DNA of 64,000 nucleotides from Lama guanicoe (lineage: Eukaryota), in NCBI GenBank assembly GCA_013239625.1, contig MU054323.1, forward strand, positions 13,625,950 through 13,689,949, in the 5' to 3' direction. The position numbers and the translations under genes were made by a program. Below, piece after piece: positions 12,553 through 26,544 of the stretch (position 1 is the stretch's first letter; each line of letters opens with the position of its first letter). The notes beneath the pieces are model-generated. The model worked only from the letters and a program-made list of their open reading frames with translations, ran no database searches and had not been told where the DNA came from.

Positions 12553-15500
12553 GTATTTAAAAAATGTATATATGCTTTTCGTTTTAAAGACGTCCTTATT
12601 CCTATTTTGTGCTAATTCTTTCCTGTCCAAAATGTAAGCCACCAGGCTTAGCCCATCACTACAACTTTTGATCTGAAATTTTACATAAAGTATACACTGG
12701 CATCTTTTGCCCTTTTGGGGATGATCTTTGTTTGTATGGTGCTACATAACTCAACTTTTCAGGCACTGAGGACCCTGTGGATTCATTAAAAAGAACCTTT
12801 TATTCTTTCTAATGTCATATCCTAATTTTTCTCCCAAAGAAAGTATTACCTCTTTTCTGCTAAATGCTTTTCTTGTTCTGCTTCTGGTTGATTCTTGGCT
12901 CACAAATCCCATTTAGTAGTGCCATGACTTTGTTTCTGTTTTCTCAGGCTTGGTCTACAACTGTACTGTAGTTGGAGCCTGGTAAAACGACTGGAATCAG
13001 TGCTGGGGGTTTTGTTCTTCAGGACCTAAAATGTGCTCACTTTGTTCCATATTCTTGTATCTTGCTTAAGCACTTGACCCCATTTCTCCCAAGGAAGGAT
13101 TCCTTGTTCATTTGTTTCCTGCCAGTTCTAGTTCTTACGGTTCTTCTGTTGGAGATGAGGGTTCCTTTCTGATGCCTCAGTCATAAAGACAGGAAAGTAG
13201 ATGGGTTTCCGTGAACCTTTCTATCAATTTACTGATTTCACTCAGATTATATTAGAAGCCTCTTTATTGCAGCATGATTATATTTCAAAAGAGGAAAGAT
13301 GGCATAGAGTAATAACATGCAATAATTGGAGGTGAACAGTGACAAATACCAGATAATCTCTCAATTTTGGGGAACTGTATTGTCTTACTTCATTTGAACA
13401 TGGAGAGAATAGATGTTCTAAAAATCCAAAGTACAAACATAGTCTGTAAATAGATGAAAAAAGACCCTGATAAACAAACTAGAATTAATAACCAATTCCC
13501 TGCACATAAGTCTTATTTTCTTATTATATTATCATTGGAAATGGACTAATGTAACCCACTAATCTTTTGTAGAATTTCTGATTTTCTAAGATAATGAAGT
13601 AATTAGATAGCTATTTTTATCAAAGGTTTTATTTTTGCTCCTATCTGGAATAGAGTAAACAAAAGACCTAATTTATGTCAACAAAATGCTTTATAAAGCT
13701 GAGTAAATGATAATGTCAGTAAACATTTAAAAGGAAGATTTGCTTCCCATTCATTGAGAATAATTGAGGTGACAGAAAATCTCATATCAACTCTTTTTTT
13801 CTGAACTAAAATTTTGGATTAAGTGAAATGTACTGACACACTATCCTCTTGCATCCTTATTTCTCACTAGTTTTTCCCTGTAGTAGCAAAGTGGCATTCA
13901 GGCAACACAAAGATTGGCAGCAGTTAGAAAAGGACAGGCCTCCAGTGTTTGATTATACAGTCAGATACTCACCAGCATCTAACATCAGACTACTTTTTAC
14001 AAAAGCACTGATACATCAGGCAAGTTATCTGAAGCTGGAGGCACAGTGGGGTAATTTAGCTGTGAGCCTTCCCTGTTAAAGCAATTTTTTAAGAGCCAAG
14101 AAGGAAGGGCTTCAGTGTTGAATCATACAGAGGATTTCCTATGTCCTATGAAATAGCCAGATGTGCAGGAATGATCTTTTATTTACACAGGAAGTTTCTA
14201 ACAATAGATTCTGATTCTGCTATTAGGGCTCCTCTTTCTCGTTTATTCTAAAAGAATTTGAAATTCAAAAAGAAAAGAAGAATTGTGAAAAAGCAGAATG
14301 TCTTGAATATGCTATTGATGTGAAGATTAACCTTTAGAACAGGGCATCTACTATGGCACAGCTCTATGCAGAAAGTCTGTTTACAAAAGAAGGCATTAAT
14401 CAAGACATATGAATCCATTTATAATGTCTTTGCACTGTTGCTAACTCTGGAGTGAGCTGGTGAGTGAGACGGCTGAAGCCTGACAGCTAATTTAAACCCA
14501 AGGTCTTCACTGTCCAGAGATTTATCAGAGTCAAGCAGCCAGTATCTTTTATGACTTGCACCTTCTCCTTTTTCAGAGGTAGTAAATGAAAAAGACTGAA
14601 AAAGGATGTGCCATCTATTAGAGCTGGGTAAAATCACATGAACACCATGCCCTAGGCTTTCATTATGACACCTCCTTCTTAGCTAATTACTGTCAGCATT
14701 AAATTACAGAGTCATGAGGCCCCACTCAATACCAATTCATTCATTTCAGGTCACAGTTTGGCAGAAAACCTGTAGCTAAAGGCCAAACCTTTATCCACTA
14801 AGCCTTTTATTTGTGACTAAACAAAAGTCTTGACAAGCAGTATAATTTGCATCAAGCAGGGCTACACCAAGGGGTGATTAATAGTTTTTTTCTTAATAAT
14901 TTTGCTCTAGCCTCTAGTCCACTTGACAGGATTTATCATTTTGCGTATCAAAAGATACAAAAGGGGGTCGATTACTTTCTTCCCATTTCAAGCATTGTAT
15001 CATTTACTATTACCAACCTTTCAACGAACAAGTAACATTTTTAGAAAAGTAAGCACAACATTTTACACCCATCAGATTTAAATTGTCTTTTAAACTGTAC
15101 TGGAGAGGTGAGATTTTTGTGGTATTGCTTTTTATAATAGGTTGATTAGAGAGATTTATTATCCTAACCCTTTAAAATTCTGTTATTGTACAATTCAGCA
15201 TGCAGGTGGTCAGATCAAAATGTGTTTTTTAAAAATGCAGAAAGGTTTTAATCTGCTTAGGTATTTTCTGGGATATAATAGTCTATAAAGTTACTAACTT
15301 TCCAGAGGTTTTCATTTGTATTTTTACTGTCTAGCTGTCATTCTTCAAACAGCTTACTTAGGAAAAAGAAATCAAAGGTACTGAAGCCTAGTATATATGG
15401 TTGACAATTTGATATAGTTTCTTACATAAACTGGTTTTCTGTTCATATAGAAATAAGACTGAAATGAGACATTCAAAATCAGCATATCAAACTCATGTAG

Positions 15501-15639
15501 GGTAGAGTGATGTTATTAATTCATAAGAATCAATTTCTTCTGATCTGCTGTGCTTGGGTTTTAGGTCATAAGGGAAATGCTTTTTGTGAAAACACTTGTT
15601 GCTTTGAATGAAGAATTCTTGTGGCCTTAATGATGTCAG

Positions 15640-15835
15640 AGCCTGGACTAAGCATCTTCTCACTTAGGACCCATTTATTTAATTCTCACAAAGGTAGTGT
15701 GAGTTAGGGCTAATCTCTATTTTGTAGGTGAGGAAAGGCAAGCTACAAGAAATTAAATATCTGGCTCAAGATCATGTGCTGCTAAGAGGCAGGGCTTGGA
15801 TTCAAGCACAAGTGTCCTATCTTGAAGACTCCTGG
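15640..15835 (-). mobile_element. MIR relic
   Basis: ctattttgtaggtgaggaaaggcaagctacaagaaattaaatatctggctcaagatcatg resembles the MIR core. Confidence 0.6.
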
Positions 15836-16779
15836 TTTTTTTTTTTTGTTGTTGTTGTTGTTGCACCACTGCCTCTTCTGCACATTGGGATTGTCAGTAG
15901 GGGAAGATTTTATTTCTCTTGGACTCATCATTACCATTATCAATGGTTAGTGTTTAAGTGCATTTCCCCCCAGCAAAGTTTCTGGAAGAATAAATAGCTG
16001 CCTCTGTCAATTGCCAAATCAGGAAAACTAGTTTCTTCAGTTCATGGACTGCTTTGGCGGTGTTTATACTTGTGAACATACAAAACAAACAAACAAGCAC
16101 TTGGGGAGAGTTTAACTGGAGTGAACGGGTTTGGAAATGTAGTGATCTGTAGGGTCCTTAAAATTTTTGATGCCTGAGACTTAGAGGGATTGGGGCCTGG
16201 CAGTTACAGTTGTATTCCAAACAGCATTGTACATAGTTTCTGCATTTCTTTGCTCCTGCTCTTCCTATCTGAGGACTCAGTGAAAAGTAACCTTTTGACT
16301 AAGATGGATGGTTGCTAACAAGGCATCTGTCTGTGTTACCGATATGTTTTGTGACTATGCCTTTGTTTCAAAAGTCAGTCAGAAAGAGATAACCTTTGTG
16401 AGTGTCTGCAAAGTGCCTGGCACTATTTTGGTTGCTCAAGGAGGGGTCAACATTGAATAGGACATAGTGCCTGGATTTTTTTTTTTTTTTTTAGGAAATC
16501 GTAGTGCAGTTGGACAGCGAAAATAGGCAGATGTTACAGTGGTAGGTGCAACACTAAAAGAGTACAAAAATAGAGCTATAAGAGCTATAAGAAACTCTGG
16601 CTATAGGAGCTGAGGAAGGTTTTCAAAGAAGGTGCCTTTACAGAATAAAAAATGATTTGCTAAGCAGAGGAAATTGCAGGTTCAGAGATGAGCAAGAGGA
16701 TGTGAAATGGCATAGCCAAAATGCCATGGGTTCAGGGTAGAAGAAGGTGGGTGGAAAGGTTTAACAGGAAGGCAGAGTG

Positions 16780-17376
16780 TGTTGCCCTTGATTAGGTTCT
16801 CATCACAGAGAGAATTCAGAGACAAGACACGGAGGTCAACAAAGTAAAGTGTGGATTTATTAAAGGGATAAATAATAATGCTCTCAATGGAAGAGTGTGC
16901 CACTCAGGTGAGTGCTGCCTTGAGTTTCTTTGGCAAGTTGGTTACATAGAGTGTAAAAATGAATGGATAGAATATTCATTGGAGAGGGAGAGGTTTGGGG
17001 TCATATTCCCTGATTTTCATCCCAGCTCCACCTTCCTGAGGGGAGGAGGGATTTTTGTCCATATTTAGTCTTGATCAGAACTGTCAGGCGTCAGTGTGTG
17101 ATGGGTACTTCTAGTCTGCAAGGCTAATTTTATTGTAATGAGGGCATAATGAGTGAAAAGTTACATTGGGACTTTGGAGATTTCTGCCTTTTTCCATCTT
17201 TGTCAGCCTCTAGGGCACTTATCATCCCCAAATTTGTAAATTTTTATCAGTCTGGAGGTTTCTGCTTTTTTCTTTCTGCCCAAGAACCCCTGTTGTTCAC
17301 AAGATAGATGGTAGCCTGTCATTTGGCATGTGCCCCTCTTTCACTGCTATTGTCTGGCTGCCTGCCTACTGTAACA
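16780..17376 (-). mobile_element. ERV solo LTR (ERV1-like), inserted in an L2 relic
   Basis: ~600 bp, TGTT...AACA inverted ends, minus-strand AATAAA (tttatt 16856-16861) ~75 bp from the end, imperfect flanking duplication agagtg/gaagtg. Confidence 0.7.
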
Positions 17377-17659
17377 GAAGTGACTTGTGCACCATGGTGC
17401 TGACGTTTGAAGGCTGTTAAGAGCTATGGGAGGGTTTCAGGAGGGGATCACCATGGTCAAATTTGTGGTTGGGAAGCATCAGTCAGCATTGTGGGGACAG
17501 ATTTCAAAGCAATAATATCAGAAACATGGAGACCAGTTAGGATCTCGTGTCACGTTATCTTTTAAGCACAGACAGATTGATTAAAGAAGCACTGGCACTC
17601 TTAAATGATTCCTAAATTTGGTAATGGTGCTGCTGTAATATTTTAGTATTTGTAAGTGT

Positions 17660-18070
17660 CTTAAATGGTCAACTCAGAGCTTCAGCTGGATTCCCCAGGG
17701 AAAGAGCAGCTGAGAGGGAGATCTGCCTGTAGAAGCTGCATTGGGAAGTACCCTCAGCATCAGTACCTATAGGGGAATAAAGGATGTAAGACCAGGCAGA
17801 GGGAAGAGTTGTGCAGTGATACAATCACACAGAGCCAGTGCATGGGGTGCTTAGGAGCTGGATGGCCATTAAAAGGAAGAGAGCTAGATCTTTATACCTC
17901 TGTGGCCAGTCATTGGATGCAGACTGTACCAAGGGATAGGGGAGACTCTTGTGCTGTGGACAATGCCTGGAGTGGGACTCAGCTGCAACAGTCTGGCAGC
18001 TGGGAGAATGAGTGCCTTGATCTTTGAGCACTCACTTGAATGCTCAAATGAAGTAAGGTATCCACTATCA
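17660..18070 (-). mobile_element. Old MLT1 (I/J-like) LTR
   Basis: Similar to the copy at 59590-60092 (ggattccccagggaaagagcagctgag...ggcagagggaagagttg...tgcagtg). Confidence 0.55.
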
Positions 18071-18109
18071 CTAAATATGTTGAAATTCTCCTGAGAGCAT
18101 TCTTGTAAT

Positions 18110-18482
18110 CATGCTCACAGAATAGCTCTCTTAGGCCTTTGCACTTGCTCTTTCTTCTGCCTGCAATATTCTTTCCCAAGCCCTTTTTGCATGGCTAGAT
18201 TTTCTTGTCACTTGTTTACTTCTAATATCTTCACTGAAATGGCTCTTCTGATCACCCTGTGTAATCTGCCCCAAGCCCCAATAGTCACTGTCTAGGATGT
18301 CACCCTATTTTTTTTCTTTTTAGCAGAAAAACATAAACACAAATCTCATGATCTGTTTCCCTTCCCCTAGAATGTGAACTCCAGCAGTTTTTTTCTATTT
18401 TGTTCACCGTTACATTCCCTGCACCCAGAACAGTGCTGGTCACATAATAGATGATCAGTCAGTCTTTGCCAAATGAATAAAA
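18110..18482 (+). mobile_element. L2 3' fragment
   Basis: ggcctttgcacttgctc...cccctagaatgtgaactcca...cccagaacagtgctggtcacataatagatg...aaatgaataa. Confidence 0.65.
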
Positions 18483-20189
18483 AAAAATTGAATTTAAGAA
18501 AATGGATATCAGGAGACGAGGAATTTTGCAAATGAGGGATCCTGAGGAATTCTTATCTTTCTTTTGCTTTTGACATTGGTGGAACTCAAGTCCAGGACAA
18601 CAGTTTGTGACTCATCATTCTTCTACAGTTTTCAGTCACCCACGAAGAACTACTGGAGAGAGTATCTCTTGATCTTGTAAGATGGATAGGCCTCTGGCAA
18701 GAGCTTAGCTCTTAGATCTCACACTGAGCATCATTTTTTTTTTTGCCTCTGGGAAGTTTGAGGGCTTTTATTATTCTAAAATAAAACTATCTTAGAGGAA
18801 CATAAATTATCTATTAAAGAGACTTTTGGAATTTAGCATAGAAATCATGCGTGGAATTTGTGTGGAATTGACAAGCTACTCCTCTATAATCACCTAAACC
18901 ATTTTCTTTCAAATAAAAACAAACTGAAAAATGTAGTAATTTTCAAGTGTAGAGGCAAAAAGGCACTTAGCACAGCTTGAAGATTCAAATTATTCTGGAA
19001 GCAATGCCTGCTGTACTTGGCTTTAATTTGAATTCATTTCTTAGAAACGGATTTAGTGACTAACCTCATGACAACTGCTGACTTCAGAACGGCCTGTGGA
19101 GGGCAAGGCATGAAGGGAAGAGCCCCTTTTGTCTCCTTTCTTTTGACTTCTGCCTGCTTCATTCCTGTCATTGTACCTTATATGGTGATCCTGTCCAGGA
19201 AGCACTTACTATGTTTGAGAAGAATGGAAGGAATCTTTGGAAGTCATTTATTCACATCCTTGTCACTAGCCAGTAATACATGGACATCAATAATATAAAT
19301 TCACTCTTAGTTGTATTTAAATATTTAGATTCTTTACTAAAATGTTTGGTCTTCTGATTCAATTAAGAGTCCAGGGAAGAGACAGGGAAGTATTTGGGTA
19401 GTTATCAAACGCACAGAGAATACATAGGGCAGATCTACATTATGTTCAAGCAACAGAAAAAAGAGTAAAGAATTTCAGGGTAGAAGTGGGGCAATGTGTA
19501 TGCAGATTTGACTTTATTAGAGGCATTCCTAGTTGATAATTAGAGGGACTTAAGATAGAAATGGAATGTTTCTGGATATGGTGTATGCTTAGTTGTCTAG
19601 GTGTTGTAAGAGATTGTGGATAGCTTTTGCAGAGGAGATTCCTGAAGGAATTCAAGAAACAGAAGCAAAATGATCTTTAAGGGTCCTTGCAGTATTAAAA
19701 ATCTGTAAGCACAGAGAGAGTGGCTTTCTATGATTTTGTGTCACTGGGTAGTTGTTTGTTGCCATGAATTTTTATATATATATATAAAAAAATATAAATT
19801 TATATATTTTATATATATTTATATATATATTTATAATTCACTTTTACATGTCAACTCCTGCTCTTAAAATTACAGTGGCTCACTATGTTAGCAAGCACTA
19901 ATTTTAATCCTCCATTCCAGGCTTTTTATGACAGAACCACATCTTTCTGGGCTAGTATTCCAGTATACCCTATATTTAACCCAGTAAGTCTGGAATTCTC
20001 ATTGTCCCTCTCCTGCTTAATGACTTTATAACTCTGTATCTTTGTTTCTCACTGTTCTTAAAACCTGGAAGTCCCTTTCTTGCCCTATAAGATGATCACA
20101 CTTTTGCTTTTCCCTTACCACTCATTTCCAATATTACCTCGTTCATGTAATCTGTATCTTAGCATTTCTTCTTTTAGCCATCCTTTGGT

Positions 20190-21030
20190 TGAATTAGTAC
20201 ATATTATTGAGCTCCTACAGGGTACCTTGCAAGATGCTAGGCTATGAGGATAGAAAGGAAGCAAAGAAGATACTGTCCTTGTCCTCATGGATCTTACAGT
20301 GCAGTTGGAACAGGATAGAAATACATTCTTTAGGAGTGTGAAGTTTTATGAGAGGAACTGATTGTGGCTGGGAAGTCAATGAATGTTTCCATAAAAAAGT
20401 GATAATTGGGCTGTGAATAGAGGGTGAGGTGGGGGCAGAGCATTCTTGATAAAGAGAAAAACAAGTGGAAATGCCAGGAGGAGTAAAGACTAAGGAATAT
20501 TCAAGGAATTGAAGGAAGGCCCAAGTAGCAGAAAGCAAAGAGTGGAACAGTGGTAGATGCTGGGTCTAGAGAGTTAGGCAGGGGCTACATCAAATAAGGC
20601 CTTACAGTCCCTGGGCTACACCAAACAAGAGTCTTGTAGTCCAGTGTAAGGAATTTGGGCTTTATCAGAAGGGTTTTGATAAGTTTCTGGAGTGGTTTGA
20701 GTTGGAGAACTTATGGTTAGATTTGTGTTTTTACAAGGTCACTCCAGTTGCAGCATGCAGAATACATCGGGCAGGTCCAGAATGGAAGCAGTGAGAGAAT
20801 TCAGGAGGCAGTTGCAATTCATACATATGGGATATGATGGTGGCTTGAACTCAGGTGATGCCAATGATGATGGAAAAAATGAGAAATATTTAGGAGGCAA
20901 AATTGGCAGGACTTGCTGATGGACTTTATCAGATGTGGCTGAGGAGGGAGGAGGAAGAATTGGAAGATTTTTGAGTTTCTAGCTTGTTCAATTGGAACGG
21001 AAATCTTAGTACTTACTGAGATGGGGAACA
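20190..21030 (-). mobile_element. L2 fragment
   Basis: tattattgagctcctac...tccttgtcctcatggatcttacagt...atggttagatttgtgtttttacaaggtcactc...actgagatggggaac. Confidence 0.65.
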
Positions 21031-22046
21031 ATTTTCTGTTCTTTTAGGACAGTAAAGAATAACACAAAGTAGGGAGTGCTGTTTTGCAGTTGTTTTAGCT
21101 GACTCCACTAAAATAAGAGCTTGATAAGGGAGGGAGTATATGTTAATTATCTGTGTTTTTGCTGCCTCTCCCCCCTTGTCCCCAAAGTATTCAGCCTGTT
21201 GTTTATACCAGTGGGAGAGAAATAATACTTGACCTTGATTTGGAGAACTGGATTGTGACTGTGAGTTTGGACTTTTTTTTTTCATGGTGGTTTAGGAAAG
21301 ATTTTTACTTCCGTTTTTACTTCTAATCAAGTTGTATGAAGACCAAATGAGATAACAATGTAAAACATTTGGGGGAGAAAAGTCTCTTAAAAATTTATTT
21401 AATCATTATAATGCATATGCTTTCTTCTGCACTCATGTTAAATTCCACACATTTATTTGTAAAAAGGAGAACTAGATAAGACATAGTAGCTTAGGGTCTA
21501 ATCAGTGCCAGATAAAATGAGATGGATTAGTTTTTGCCACACACGTCACTCCATGGGAGTTCTGCTGGGCCACTTTGAGATATTACCCCACATGTGTTTG
21601 GGGAAATGTCTTCCCTACTTAGTATACTGCTTAATATTCTCATTGAAACATAATCAGGCACTAAGTATAAGAAATCAATAAATGTCAAGGTTAATTAGTT
21701 CTTTAAAGTGTACATGATTCATTAAGAAGAGCTCCATGAAGTTCAATAAAACAAATAATATAGGACACTTTAAAAGGTAAACAAAAGGTATTTTTGGTTC
21801 ATATATTCCAAATAATTTAAGACTCCTAAAACAATGAAGTCCATCACCTCATCAGTGTGAAGGATTCTTAAATACTTGCTAGTTCTTTCCTATGTGATTA
21901 AAAATGGATTTTATTTGTTTTTTTTGGAGTAAATTTATTATTTAGAAAATATCAATAATGAAGGACAGTCATTCCCACATTGATCTTTATTTATTTCTTC
22001 ATGTTACAACTCTACCAGTGAGTAGAAAATATTATATATAAATCCC

Positions 22047-22684
22047 TTTTTTTTTTTTTTTGACAGATCCTGCCCCAGGTTTATTGGTCCAAACAGCACA
22101 GGTAGACATGAGCCCCATGCAGACAGCAGCCCAGGGGTCACACTAGTCCTTATATCCTCACATCAATAGATGAAAGCCTCTACTCTGGAGCCTTTGTGGG
22201 GGACTGGGAGCCTTTGGGAGCCTGAGCCAGAGCCGGAGCCAAAGCTGAAGCTGAAGCTGCGGCCTTGGTCTGAGCCTTGTCCTTGGCCTTTGGCCGACAG
22301 AGCCTGAGACCCTTGGTGATGCCGGCTCGAGTGCATTTCCCGAGTTTGGGGTGAGCAATGTAGGCAAGTCGACTGAGCTCCTGGCTGCTGCCCTTTGGAA
22401 TCTTGGGCTTGACCTCCTTGGGCTTTACGAGAGCCTTGACAGCCGCAGCATGTGCACTCATGGCCTTGGCGTTGCTGGCCTGCGTCTTCTTCAGGCCCTT
22501 CTTGTGCTTCTTGGTAAAGCACATGTTCCTCAGGAACTTGGGTTCACTCCCTTAAGAGATTTGTATAGTTGTGATCAGGGTTTTTTGATGCCGGTTACTG
22601 TGCCATTTTCGGGACTGGTTGTATATGTTGTGGTTCTTCGACTAGGCCATGCCTGCACCGGAGCCGGGAGAACCCGAATCCTCC
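22047..22684 (-). pseudogene. RPL29: Processed pseudogene of 60S ribosomal protein L29
   Basis: Intronless; ATG at 22650 followed by GCC TAG (nonsense at codon 3) then SKNH..NQSRKWH; frameshift; ORF 22180-22524 matches the RPL29 C-terminal part ([30 protein letters not shown]); AATAAA (22080-22085); A15 tail (22047-22061); TSD aaatcccttt (22040-22049) / aaatccattt (22685-22694). Confidence 0.95.
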
Positions 22685-24879
22685 AAATCCATTTGTGATA
22701 AACTACCCTGAAGTTCATTTTCACCTTTGAAGTGAATATAAATTGTATCTAATGAAACTCTAGAAGCAATTGTACAGAGTGAAAAGGCCAAATAATTTGG
22801 AATCAGATTTGTCAAGTAACATTTTACAAAAATGATATTTTCTTTTTTCATTCTTCATTGTACTCATAATTCAAAACTGAGCCCAAATGTTACATCCTTT
22901 GTCCCAGTTTCTCTTTTCTTCTCTGCATGGCAGAATTAGACTTTCTATTCTGAACTGAAATAGCCCCTTCTCCTTTCCTCTAAACCATAACTTACAGGTC
23001 GATATTGTAAATTATGGTTTCCTGGAAGGAAACTATTTTTGAACAAAACAGAGATCCTGCCCTTGTGGAACTTACATTTTTTGGCAGATAGGCAAAAAAT
23101 AGTAAGTTGAATAAATGAAGTCATATAGTGTGTTAGAAGGTGACAAATGCTTTGGAAAAATAAAAGGTAGAGCAAGGTAAAGGAGATCAGGAGTATGTAG
23201 GGGGGCTTATTGTACGCTTACCTTACAAGAATTTGAGAGGGTTTTTTTGCAGTCAGATGAGATAGTGTGAAATCTTTGCCAGCCATAACCGGTATCCAAA
23301 TGTGTGCTTACTACACACACTCAAATTTCTCATGTCTAGTCTTCATCACTAGTCCTTTTCTAGCTTCCTTGTCACTGGACCAGGCTAACACACTGATGTA
23401 GATTCTAGGCCCTAAAGTTATCTTCCTTCCCAATTACTGTTTCCTACACTATACTGTCTGGTTCCCCTGGCTTTAAGACAGAGAAACAGTTTTTAATTCT
23501 CTGCTTGACTTTCTCTCTCTATATATTTTTTGGAGTCTCAGCTGTCCAGATTTTATTTTTAAAATGGAGTTGAATCTGATTGATAATTCTGTTTTCTCAG
23601 GGCTGCCCTGTTCTTGACATCACATAATCCAATACTACGTAGCTCCCTAAGAGTTTAACTTTTTTTTAATTGAAGTGTAGTTGATTTACAGTAATTTTTA
23701 AGCTCCTATGCCAAGTGTTAGGCTTGGGGCTTGGGTCACCTTATCCAACTAGAACCTGTGTCATGCCAGCAGAGTGATTTTTTTTTTTGGTCTGCCACTT
23801 TCTACTCATGGGCAGCCACCCGTCCCCTCATAGGACCTCTCTGCCTTGCGCTCATCTTCGTGGATACACTTTGAGATGCCATCAGCTTTCTCTTAACTTG
23901 CAGCTTTCTTTCTCTTTATGTTCCAATAGGGCCTCACTACTGCAGGAGAACTTAGTGGCATATCTCCTCCTATCCTGACCTAAACTGACTGTTACTTCCC
24001 AGGAAGTAAGGAATGCTTATCCCTTTTTTTTTTCTCCCCCCGCTTGAAATGCTTCACCCTACTCTCATTTATTCTTTTAAGGCTTAGTTCAAAAGTCCCT
24101 TGTTTTGAGATTCTATGACCAGCTCTATCCTACTCTAATCACTCTATCATTTGTCTCTCCAGTCTTTTATGTAAAGACTGAATATTACCTTACATATGCT
24201 TGTGTATTGCTTTGTAGCCGTTTTTTGCTGTCACTCTTATCTTCTTTTCAATGTGGCTTTAATTATGATTATCTCCTCCCTTTTTCCTACTGCTTCAGGC
24301 CTAAAACACATTGTTCCTTTGGAGCTCCCACCATTCCTGTCCTCCAGGCAGTAGGCTGGTTCTACTGGCCTCGCAATGATTCTAAATTCCTTCCTTCCTT
24401 TGTATCAGCCTGGTATACTCTATTCACCTGAACGTGTAGGTTCTGCCCTTCCTTTTAGGCCCACGGATATCTCATTCATCCAACCTGGAAGCCTTCTTTG
24501 ATTTGAACTTGCTGTTTGAACTTGGGAGCCAAAGGGCTGCTTTTTCTCTTGTTCTCTCTTCCTCACTGATCTTTCCTTTGAACTTCTGCCTAGACTGAAA
24601 AAAAAGCACTTAATTATATACTGCTATATATTGTTGACTAGTGTCTCAGTTGTTGTTTGCTTCTCAATTACCTTGTTAGCTTCTTAAATTATAGCACATC
24701 TGCTTTCTCTGCAAAAGCCACCATTCCCCTAACTGATACCCAGAGTCTATGTCCCTGCTTATATATGAGGGTCAATATTGGAATTGTTCTGGGAAGTAAG
24801 TTATATTGTGAAATTGGAATCTGCTGTCATCCTCTTTGGTTGTGGGCATTGGAGTGGGTCTTAGGATTATCAGTCAGAC

Positions 24880-26490
24880 TTAGTTCATTTATTCATTCAA
24901 CAAATATGTATGGAAGGATAAGTCTTAGGTCCTTGAGATAAAGTGATGAATACATAGGTAAATGAAACAATTTAAGGGACTTATGTGCTGTCAAGAAGCT
25001 ATAACAGGATCACATGCTAGAGAGTGACTAGAGGGCAAGAGATGCTTCTTTGGCTGGGTTGGAGAAGACCCTTCTGGGGAAATGACATTTGAGTTGAGAT
25101 TGCTAAGAAAGAGGAGGCAGCCATGTTAAGATCAGGAAGTGTCTGAAGTATTAACAACTAAAAGAATTCCAGAGATCAGAATGCTTGGCAAGTTTGAGGG
25201 AAAGAAAAAAAGACGATAGAGAGTAAGGACTAAGGAAAAATGTAGAGAGAAAGAAAATAAGCTATGTAGGGCTTCAGGGAAATTTATTCTGTGATGGGAG
25301 AAACCAAAGGGGAAATTTTTAGCTGTAAGTGATGTGGTCTGATTTATGCTTTAGAAAGCTCACTCTGACTGCTATGAGGAGGTATTACGGAGGGGGTGGC
25401 CTGGGGACTACAGCAAGGGTTAGAACAGGGAAACCAGTTTAAGTTCTCCTTCAGGGGTCCTGGCAAGTGATAATAGTATCTTGTTTAATAGGATTGTAAT
25501 AGTGCAGGCACTGAGAAGAGGAAAGATTCAGAATATTTTCTAGCTGCATGATCTTGGGTAAGCTACATAAACTCTTTTGGTGCTCAGTTTATCCATCTGT
25601 AGAGTAGAGGTTAAAAATAGTACCTACCTTCTAGGACTGTCATGAAAATTGGATAAATTAGTATTTGTAAAATGCTTAAAATGCTATCTAGGTAATTATT
25701 AAGTAAAAAAAATAAGTATCTTGGAGGTATGGTTAACTGAAGTTAGAAGTTTGTGATAGATTGGATGTGAAACATGAGGGAAGGAGAAGGAGTCAAGATG
25801 ACACATAGATTTATTTTTTTAACTTGGGCAACTGCCTGAATGATGATGTCATTGGTATGAGAAAAGCTTGATGGTTGAAATGGGGATAGATTTACAAGAT
25901 AATGGTAATCAAGAGTTCTGTTTGGCCACATACATTATAGAAGAGTTGTCAAGTTGGCAGGATGCTTGACGAAACTGGAACTTCTGGGGAGAGAACTGAA
26001 CCTGAGAGAAATTTGAGAGTCATCAGTGTGTGGATGGTATTTGCAACCATAAAGATGCATGAGATCTCTTAGGGAGGAAGGCTACATTGAGAGGAGGAGA
26101 GTCCTGAGGATTGTACCCTGAGGATATAGCAACATTCAGAGTTTTATAGAAGAGACAGAGCCAACATGAGTCTGAAAAGGGGTATTTGGTACTGCAGAAG
26201 GAAAATCAGGGAAGGTAGGAGTATAGGAATCTGGTGCAGAACAAATTTCAAGAAGAGTGCAGACAATACCAAATGAGGCTGAGAAGATGAATAAGATGAA
26301 GACTGAGTATTGTCAGTGGGCTTTGGAAAAAAAGGAGGTAATTAGCGATCTTGGTAAGACTCATTTCTGTGGGGTGGTAGGGAGGAAAGCCTGGCTGGAG
26401 TGGATAGAGGAGGGATGGTGAGTGAGGAATTGGAATGGCAAGTACATAGCTCTTTTCCAATAGTTTTGCTGTGAAAGGCAGCAGAAAAGT
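24880..26490 (-). mobile_element. Long L2 relic interrupted by a plus-strand MIR (~25540-25700)
   Basis: ttcatttattcattcaacaaatatgta L2 tail; L2 internal motifs; MIR core ctagctgcatgatcttgggtaagctac...ctcagtttatccatctgtag. Confidence 0.65.
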
Positions 26491-26505
26491 AGGATGGTGG
26501 CTGGT

Positions 26506-26543
<38 letters not shown>
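26506..26543. repeat. Compound (TG)n(TA)n microsatellite
   Basis: tgtgtgtg...tgtatatatatatatatatg read directly. Confidence 0.9.

Positions 26544-26544
<1 letters not shown>

Noticed and set aside
12948..12981. Possible 34-nt plus-strand microexon (ttctcag|GCTTGG...CCTG|gtaaaa)
   Set aside because: Weak donor, no recognisable peptide, no partner exons found
19768..19840. AT-only quasi-palindrome
   Set aside because: Low-complexity (TA)n decay; self-complementarity is trivial
22158..22698. Alternative-frame and antisense ORFs over the RPL29 copy
   Set aside because: Shadow frames of the pseudogene
23660..23695. ~30-bp L1 3' terminus (ttttaattgaagtgtagttgatttaca)
   Set aside because: Probably real but too short and without a clear TSD to call confidently
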